IMG/VR virus record: IMGVR_UViG_3300027969_000043
Span: 64,001 to 128,000 of that record
Direction: 5' to 3' (one strand)
DNA: 64,000 nt
DNA from: a virus
A model generated the notes under the pieces. The model saw nothing but the letters and a program-made list of their open reading frames with translations, did no database searches and had not been told where the DNA came from. Of this stretch, positions 57,981 through 64,000 are shown piece by piece (the first letter of the stretch is position 1; each line of letters begins with the position of its first letter). A program made the translations under genes and the position numbers.

Positions 57981-59270
57981 TTAATATTTATCTTTATTTT
58001 CAACTCTATTAATTAAATCTTTAATTCTTTGAGTCGAAGGGTCAACATACGCAGTAGCTTCGTTTAATTGTTTTGAGCTACCTGTTGCAACCTCTTTGAT
58101 TATTTTACTACCGATTGATTCGTTAACTGGCTTTCTGCTAGATAATTCGTTAATGATAGTTTTGTATAACTTTTTAGACTCTTTAAGGTTAGTTACTTCC
58201 TCATCAAATCTTTGAATTATTTTTTTCTTTTCTTCTTTAGTAGTAGAATGTTCCATGAATAACTTAGTTACGTAACTTAAATTCGAATTGAAAACTACAG
58301 TTTCTACCAACATGCCTCTGAATTTCTTAAGAGCTTTTCTAAAGTCTTCATTTTCGGCTTTTAATTGTGTTGCTTCGTTTAACAATTTCTTGTACTTAAC
58401 CTCAGCTTCAATGATAACATTTTTAGAAGACACGGATTCTTTTTTTACGCCTGGACCTTTTGTGTAAATGTCTGGAAGATTAGAATGACCACCAACGCTT
58501 TTACCAACACCAGATTTAATTTTTTCTTGTACAGGGTTTTCGTCAGTTTCTTCTACTTCAGCAACAACTTCGTCAGATTCGTCAGACTCTTCTAAATTAG
58601 CATCATCTTTGTCTTCATCTTCCATCATTGTTGAATCTTCACCCATAGCTATTTCATAAGTTAACTCTTCTATTCCCTCATAGCCTTCTTCCATCTCATA
58701 TCCTTCCTCTTCCATAGACTCATCGCCCATTTCAGATTGGCCGCCCATTCCAAGTGCACCTTTTTTAACGATGTACTCGCCTGGTTCTGAGATGTTAAGG
58801 TGGATTTCATCACCAACAATTTCGATTTCATCATCACCACTCAATTTCTTGTAAATAGCGATAACGTCATCATCTGATGCGTCAGTCATATCCAAATCAT
58901 CTCCTCCTAGTGCATCGTCTGCACTCGTGCCTATTTCTTGGTCGTCTTCTGGACCAACTTCTGGAGACATTTCGTCGTCGTCATCAGATTCGTCGTCTCC
59001 GATTTCAATATCAGTATCATCATCTTCAGTACCTTCAACATCATCACCTTCTGGTGAATCAGTTTCGTCTCCTTCAGAATCAGAACCTTCAATCTCATCT
59101 TCAACGGCTTCTTCTTCGTAGCCAGCTTCTTCAAGCGACTCTTTCACCATACCATCAATTTCTTCTCTCGCAACGGAGCGAAGTATTTCTTTGGTGTTGG
59201 CATTTAAAGCTTCTTGGATAACTTTGATATCCAAAAGAGCTCCTTCATAAATTGATTTTTTTTCTGCCAT
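57981..59270 (-). CDS. Prohead core/scaffolding protein
   Basis: Highly acidic middle and coiled-coil C-terminus; lies between protease and MCP genes. Confidence 0.75.
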   Translation of the reverse strand: MAEKKSIYEGALLDIKVIQEALNANTKEILRSVAREEIDGMVKESLEEAGYEEEAVEDEIEGSDSEGDETDSPEGDDVEGTEDDDTDIEIGDDESDDDDEMSPEVGPEDDQEIGTSADDALGGDDLDMTDASDDDVIAIYKKLSGDDEIEIVGDEIHLNISEPGEYIVKKGALGMGGQSEMGDESMEEEGYEMEEGYEGIEELTYEIAMGEDSTMMEDEDKDDANLEESDESDEVVAEVEETDENPVQEKIKSGVGKSVGGHSNLPDIYTKGPGVKKESVSSKNVIIEAEVKYKKLLNEATQLKAENEDFRKALKKFRGMLVETVVFNSNLSYVTKLFMEHSTTKEEKKKIIQRFDEEVTNLKESKKLYKTIINELSSRKPVNESIGSKIIKEVATGSSKQLNEATAYVDPSTQRIKDLINRVENKDKY

Positions 59271-59334
59271 TGTATTTTTTTTGTTATTTTAATTATTATT
59301 AAATAATAAATAGTGAGTACACCCCACGTACATA

Positions 59335-59342
59335 ATAAATAT
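59335..59342 (-). promoter_or_regulatory. Putative late promoter ATATTTAT for scaffold-MCP
   Basis: Followed by a 64-nt leader containing a small hairpin (gtggg..ctcac). Confidence 0.55.
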
Positions 59343-59391
59343 GTAATTATTTATGAAAAATTCTTTTTTGCTAAAAAATTTAGAAATATAA

Positions 59392-60090
59392 TTAACCGAT
59401 TAAGAAATTATCTAAACCCTCATTAAGATTTGATTTTTGTATGATTTTGTTTTCAACAAAGGGTTTTGCTTCTTCTCTGTTTTTAAACATCCAAGAGCCT
59501 GGGGTACTAGGCGCAGTAACAACGTCCCAACATATTAATTCAAAGTCGTCTTGAACAATGAAATCACCCTTGATTTCTTTTAATGAACCTACACCTCTAG
59601 AAGACACACCAATCATGATATTATTTCTTAATAAGTTTGCAACTTCGTCACCCTTTGTTGAAACAATACCGTAATTAATATACCCCTTGGTCATTAGGAT
59701 TTCCATTTTACCCATTAGGGTTTTTCCTTCCCACCATGTTTGTATGATATTATGGGATACTCTATCACCAGCAATAACGCTAGATTCAGGGTGGTCTAAT
59801 TCTCCAATCGCCCTTCTTTCCCTGATGGCTTGTTGATAAATTTCGTTTTGTGTTTTAAGTATTTCTTCTGGATAAATCCTTCCGTTTCTATTTTTTACAC
59901 CATATTTTTGGAGCACCACATAAACAACTAGGCTATCTGAGTCATCTTGACCCATTTCTAATTTTTTAAACTCTCTTATAAGAGATTGGTTTTTAGGGTC
60001 ACTAGGTGATATGAATCCAGCGTCATTTTCAATCAAATAACCTGTACCAACTTGACCAGCCTTTATTACTTTTAAATCCATATTTATCAT
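59392..60090 (-). CDS. gp21: Prohead maturation protease (T4 gp21-like)
   Basis: NRNGRIYP, GELDHP, VSH, GVSSRGVGS, DF.L..WDVV..PS. Confidence 0.93.
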   Translation of the reverse strand: MINMDLKVIKAGQVGTGYLIENDAGFISPSDPKNQSLIREFKKLEMGQDDSDSLVVYVVLQKYGVKNRNGRIYPEEILKTQNEIYQQAIRERRAIGELDHPESSVIAGDRVSHNIIQTWWEGKTLMGKMEILMTKGYINYGIVSTKGDEVANLLRNNIMIGVSSRGVGSLKEIKGDFIVQDDFELICWDVVTAPSTPGSWMFKNREEAKPFVENKIIQKSNLNEGLDNFLIG

Positions 60091-60098
60091 TTATTACA

Positions 60099-60106
60099 AT
60101 AAATAT
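60099..60106 (-). promoter_or_regulatory. Putative late promoter ATATTTAT
   Basis: 8 nt upstream of ATG 60090. Confidence 0.55.
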
Positions 60107-60117
60107 GTTAAAAGAAT

Positions 60118-60144
60118 AAAAAACCCCGAATTAATCGGGGCTTT
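60118..60144 (-). terminator. Rho-independent terminator
   Basis: ccccga-attaa-tcgggg with a T-run on the - strand. Confidence 0.7.
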
Positions 60145-60146
60145 AT

Positions 60147-60305
60147 TTATCTTTTAATTTTATCATTTTTGTGAAAGGAATCAATTAACTCATTAATTGA
60201 TATTAGTTTATCTTCAGTACTTAACGATGAATTTTGTAATATTTCACTTATTGGTAAAATGCAGTTATAGTACATTTCAGTTCTTGTGTATACTAAATAG
60301 TTCAT
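60147..60305 (-). CDS. Small hypothetical protein (52 aa)
   Basis: ATG at 60305, 1 nt after the upstream stop; ends before the terminator. Confidence 0.4.
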   Translation of the reverse strand: MNYLVYTRTEMYYNCILPISEILQNSSLSTEDKLISINELIDSFHKNDKIKR

Positions 60306-60306
60306 A

Positions 60307-60750
60307 TTATTTTTTTCTTTTGTAAAACTTAAAATACTCGTTATTTTCAAATACCGAATTAATAGATGTTTCGATTAGGTTATATATTGTTGGCTTTAAC
60401 GCATCCGAATTTACTGGAATCTCATTTTTCATGTAAAGCGTCACTTCACAGTTTGTAAAACTTCTTTTACCATACTTAACCCCCGATTCTCTAATATCAA
60501 AATCTACGATTGTTTTATCTTTAAAAAAAGGTACTAAAGTATTCGATTCAATCGAATTATAGACCGTTTGTCTTAAATTTTTATCGGTGTCTCGTATAAC
60601 TCTATTATAATTTGATAACCCCTCTATTTTTGGTTCGGCCCACGCTGAAATATTAATATAAATTGCTTTTGGGTTTTTATTGTTTACACTACCATAAACA
60701 ACATTGTAGTTTTTAAATTCGTTGACTTTTAATTCTTTTCCTTTTTTCAT
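60307..60750 (-). CDS. Hypothetical protein
   Basis: 147-aa ORF with its own sigma70-like promoter. Confidence 0.6.
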   Translation of the reverse strand: MKKGKELKVNEFKNYNVVYGSVNNKNPKAIYINISAWAEPKIEGLSNYNRVIRDTDKNLRQTVYNSIESNTLVPFFKDKTIVDFDIRESGVKYGKRSFTNCEVTLYMKNEIPVNSDALKPTIYNLIETSINSVFENNEYFKFYKRKK

Positions 60751-60771
60751 ATACCTGGTGTTTTTTATTCA

Positions 60772-60800
60772 AGTATAGTAAAAAATAATTAACCTGTCAA
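60772..60800 (-). promoter_or_regulatory. sigma70-like promoter TTGACA-N17-TATACT
   Basis: Near-consensus match upstream of ATG 60750. Confidence 0.55.
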
Positions 60801-60811
60801 TACCCCTAACC

Positions 60812-61144
60812 CTATTTTTTAAGGAAAAATATAACAAATCCTAGAACAATTTGTAAAAATGTGACAATAGCAACCGTAGCTACCCATTTATTTTTTTGAC
60901 TATAAATTTCGTCTTTGGCTTCTTTCATTTGCTGCGGTGACCAAACGTCATTAACTTTTTCAATCCAAGCCTTGTGGTCAGAAACTAATCTTTCGGTATT
61001 TTTAAAATCTGATAACGTATTTTGCATTTCTTGAAAACGAGAATCTATATCTAGTCTCATTTTTTCATAGTTATCATTTAATCTTTCTAGTTCTTTAAGA
61101 ACTAATTTACTATAATCACCCCAAGTTTCGTTTTGTGTGCTCAT
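60812..61144 (-). CDS. Coiled-coil protein with single C-terminal transmembrane helix (possible holin-like)
   Basis: WVATVAIVTFLQIVLGFVIFFLKK; likely ATG at 61144. Confidence 0.5.
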   Translation of the reverse strand: MSTQNETWGDYSKLVLKELERLNDNYEKMRLDIDSRFQEMQNTLSDFKNTERLVSDHKAWIEKVNDVWSPQQMKEAKDEIYSQKNKWVATVAIVTFLQIVLGFVIFFLKK

Positions 61145-61146
61145 CT

Positions 61147-61398
61147 TTAACAAAATTTAAATTGACTCACCATTATTTTTAAATTTTGAAACATTTTTTC
61201 GTAACATTTTACTTTCTCGTCAACATCTTTTTGGTCACTAATTTTTGACGCTTCCAAATCTATTATTTTATTGATTTCAGACGCAATAATTTTATTATTA
61301 TTGTCATCAGTTTCTTCTTCAAAACTATTTAAACAAAGTTTATCACTTAGTTCTTTAAGTTTATTTAAATTTGAACTTGTTTCAATAGAACTATTCAT
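61147..61398 (-). CDS. Hypothetical protein
   Basis: 83-aa ORF. Confidence 0.5.
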   Translation of the reverse strand: MNSSIETSSNLNKLKELSDKLCLNSFEEETDDNNNKIIASEINKIIDLEASKISDQKDVDEKVKCYEKMFQNLKIMVSQFKFC

Positions 61399-61420
61399 TT
61401 TAATTATGAATTAAATTGTC

Positions 61421-62200
61421 TTAATTATCAATTAAGTTATTTTTCAATTCCATAAGTTTAGAAATCTTATCAAGAAATTTATCGTTGTCAATTTCTTGGT
61501 CTTCTAATAACTTAGCTTTAACCTTTAATAATTTTTCTTTAGCTTCACCTGATTCTTCAGTTAACAACGTATCAATTATCTTAACACACTCATTAACTTC
61601 TTTTTGGTATAACTCTTTTTTCGCGTCAACATCTGGATTGATTAAAACCTTGATTACTTCTTTGTCAGCCTCGCTTAATGATGAATATTTGTCATTATAT
61701 TTCTCAACCATTAATTTTGATAACATACTTAACGGTAAATCAAAACTCTCGTTGACTTCTTTTGGTTTATTGGCTAAAATATAATCTGTTATATTTTTAA
61801 CCTCGGTCATAACGCTCTCAATATTTTGAGGTGTTTTATTAATAAACGTTAATTTTGTGATTGATTCGTGTAAATTCGATAAATTATATTTATCATCAAC
61901 ATTGTGTTTAATACCAATCAACATTGATGCCAATTTTGAATTTTCTTTCAAAATATCTTTTTGATTATACTTTTCTAATAATCTTAAGTTTTCTGAAACA
62001 AAAGAAAAAACAGATAATGAATCATCACCTATTTTATTTTCTATATTACTATAAATTAAAAATTGAGTTCTTAATATTTCACTTTCTTTAATTGTTTTAA
62101 TGTATTTTTTAAACAACTTTTTAGTGTTTTCATCTTTTTTTGCAATAGCCTCAACTAGTAAATTATTGAACGTATTTTTAATTTTACCAAAATTTTGCAT
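61421..62200 (-). CDS. Hypothetical helical protein, probably prohead-associated
   Basis: Between portal and protease genes; several [LIV]-X-E sites; late motif upstream. Confidence 0.55.
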   Translation of the reverse strand: MQNFGKIKNTFNNLLVEAIAKKDENTKKLFKKYIKTIKESEILRTQFLIYSNIENKIGDDSLSVFSFVSENLRLLEKYNQKDILKENSKLASMLIGIKHNVDDKYNLSNLHESITKLTFINKTPQNIESVMTEVKNITDYILANKPKEVNESFDLPLSMLSKLMVEKYNDKYSSLSEADKEVIKVLINPDVDAKKELYQKEVNECVKIIDTLLTEESGEAKEKLLKVKAKLLEDQEIDNDKFLDKISKLMELKNNLIDN

Positions 62201-62217
62201 TAGTACTATTTTACTTT

Positions 62218-62225
62218 ATAAATAT
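62218..62225 (-). promoter_or_regulatory. Putative late promoter ATATTTAT
   Basis: 17 nt upstream of ATG 62200. Confidence 0.55.
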
Positions 62226-62250
62226 CATTATTTGTATGAAAAAAAATAAA

Positions 62251-64000
62251 TTATTTGTTTAACATGTCATCAATATCGTTAATCATATTGTTAATACCCT
62301 CATTTATTTTTAAATTTTTATTGTAAATTTTGGTATTTTCTATTGGTTTAGGTTCGTTATCAACCATAGTGATTAACCTGTCAACAAATATAGATTTATA
62401 TTTTTCAGCCCTTTCGTTTAATTTATTTTGAATTTTTTTCTTTTCCTCAACTAATAAATTATCAATTCTTTTAATTTCTTCAGCGGTTGTTTCAGCTGCG
62501 GTCTCTTCAGCACCAGCAACTTCACCAGCAGCCGCTGCTTCACCACCAGCTTCAGTAGAAGCTGCCGCTTCTTCACCCTCAGCACCAGCTTCACCACCAC
62601 TAAAATCTAAATCAGTTTCAGTTGTACCACCACCACCAAATCCGCCACCTAATCCAGCTGTGCTACCACCGCCTCCACCTCCACCCGCAGGGGCTGCACC
62701 ACCATCAGCTGCCGCACCACCGCCACCTTCCATTGCAGCATTAATATCACCATAAATTCTATCAACAGTATCAAACATACCAGTATGCTTGATAACTTGT
62801 GCTGTATTTGCAATTTCTGCAGCTGCTGCTTTTTCCATTCTTTGCTCTAGAAGGTCTTGCTTGATATCGTCATCAGACCAACCAAGAATTTCTCTCTTAG
62901 CTCTTGTCATTGACATAGCACCAAAACCATTACCAGCATCAGAAACAGCATCTTTGTACAACGTAACTTTTAATTGCGTATGTTCAACCTTAAGCATTTC
63001 GGCCTGTGTTGATGGGTTATTTAATGTTAATGTAAAATTATCCAAATCATCCTCAAAACCCAATACGTATAAGTGAATGATAACAATTTTATTTAATTCT
63101 TGTAACATTGCTTGCTGTATTCTATTAACGGTTCTAGAGAATCTGATATCCTGAAGCGCTAGGTTTTTACCCTCACCAGTTGTTTCATCAAAACCTAAAA
63201 ATGGTTTAGGAACTCTTAGTGCTGTAAATAATTTTTTCTGTAAGTATTCAATATCGGCTATCTGGTCTAGATTAGCAGCACCAGGCAACGTATCAATCGG
63301 ATTTGGTGCGTCCTCGGTTCTTACTGGAATGAAGTAATCTTGGTCGTTTGATAATTGATTGTATCTTAAATCAATTTGACCTGTTGCGGGGTCAACAATA
63401 GGTGCTCTTTTAAATCTATTGGCAATTTCATTTACGTATGCTTCAACATCCTTATCATCAATATTACCAACATAAATTTTATATATCCTTCTTTCTGGTG
63501 CTCTAGTAACACGATATACCAACATAGCATCTTCAGAAAGAATTAGTTGTTTCCAAATTCTTCTAGCCTTTTCCAAAACAGATGTACCGTATGGTAATCT
63601 TCTATCATCACCTAACAATCTAAAGTGCGCCATTTGCCAAGAATTAAACTCAACGTCACGACCTCTCCAGTAAAATTTAACCTTGTCTGATATATAATTT
63701 TCATCTGTTTTTTGTGTTAGCATATCAAATAAGCCACCATCACGTCTTTCCATTTCATAGTTTGGCATTTGTTTAACACCAACAACACCATTCTCATCGT
63801 CAATGTTAAGGTACACAAAATTATCACCATATTTACAAGTATTTCTTGTCCACATTGGTAACGATGTATGTATATCAAGTCTATTAAACAATAAATCCTC
63901 AACTATACCCTTAACTCTTTTGCTTTCAGAATAAACATTAACCATTCTACCGCTAGAATTTAATGTTGTTGATTCCTCCATCATGATATCCAAAGCAGCA
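62251..64000 (-). CDS. gp20: Portal protein (T4 gp20-like), 5' end outside the window
   Basis: KQLILSEDAMLVYRVTRAPERRIYKIYVGN, DYFIPVR, IDTLPG, LFTALRVPK; frame open to the window end (AALDIM). Confidence 0.93.
   Translation of the reverse strand, partial: AALDIMMEESTTLNSSGRMVNVYSESKRVKGIVEDLLFNRLDIHTSLPMWTRNTCKYGDNFVYLNIDDENGVVGVKQMPNYEMERRDGGLFDMLTQKTDENYISDKVKFYWRGRDVEFNSWQMAHFRLLGDDRRLPYGTSVLEKARRIWKQLILSEDAMLVYRVTRAPERRIYKIYVGNIDDKDVEAYVNEIANRFKRAPIVDPATGQIDLRYNQLSNDQDYFIPVRTEDAPNPIDTLPGAANLDQIADIEYLQKKLFTALRVPKPFLGFDETTGEGKNLALQDIRFSRTVNRIQQAMLQELNKIVIIHLYVLGFEDDLDNFTLTLNNPSTQAEMLKVEHTQLKVTLYKDAVSDAGNGFGAMSMTRAKREILGWSDDDIKQDLLEQRMEKAAAAEIANTAQVIKHTGMFDTVDRIYGDINAAMEGGGGAAADGGAAPAGGGGGGGSTAGLGGGFGGGGTTETDLDFSGGEAGAEGEEAAASTEAGGEAAAAGEVAGAEETAAETTAEEIKRIDNLLVEEKKKIQNKLNERAEKYKSIFVDRLITMVDNEPKPIENTKIYNKNLKINEGINNMINDIDDMLNK

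Noticed and set aside
1-64000. Stop-codon reassignment, tRNA/rRNA genes, introns or inteins
   Set aside because: Core genes (MCP, portal, protease, dut, phoH) read intact in the standard code, with TAG and TGA used as stops. No cloverleaf or intein motifs were seen and intergenic gaps are short; covariance-model scans were not run.

Overview
This is an AT-rich segment of a large T4-like (contractile-tail) phage genome, probably infecting a Bacteroidota host. The host call is an inference from a T9SS-type C-terminal sorting domain and A-rich, SD-less start regions. Layout: 1-20003 (- strand) is a block of Ser/Thr/Gly-rich tail fibre/virion proteins, interrupted by a secreted double beta-helix protein with TSP1-like repeats and a T9SS-like C-terminus. 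20066-22409 (+) holds small late genes, including a stand-alone WYL-like protein. 22515-46450 (+) is a ~24 kb glycan-synthesis region (about 15 glycosyltransferase-like ORFs, 4 methyltransferases, 2 epimerases, a HAD/nucleotidyltransferase fusion) mixed with dUTPase, IMPDH/GMP reductase and PhoH, and with no polytopic membrane/export gene. 46451-53523 (+) has a gp55-like late sigma factor, baseplate spike and other structural genes. 53572-64000 (-) has GNAT, HExxH protein, secreted nuclease, HNH endonuclease, major capsid protein, scaffold, prohead protease and portal. Best candidates for undescribed biology: (1) a phage virion-glycosylation system, pairing the soluble GT cluster with an [S/T]-[G/A]-X-T motif strongly enriched in unrelated virion proteins and absent from the secreted protein; (2) a phage-encoded T9SS cargo protein; (3) a shared N-terminal tag that may route WYL/GNAT/peptidase cargo into the head; (4) a gene whose transcript ends are complementary and whose leader is structured; (5) a late promoter motif ATATTTAT, essentially the reverse complement of the T4 late promoter. 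All family calls come from motif recognition by eye; no searches were run and motif counts are hand counts.
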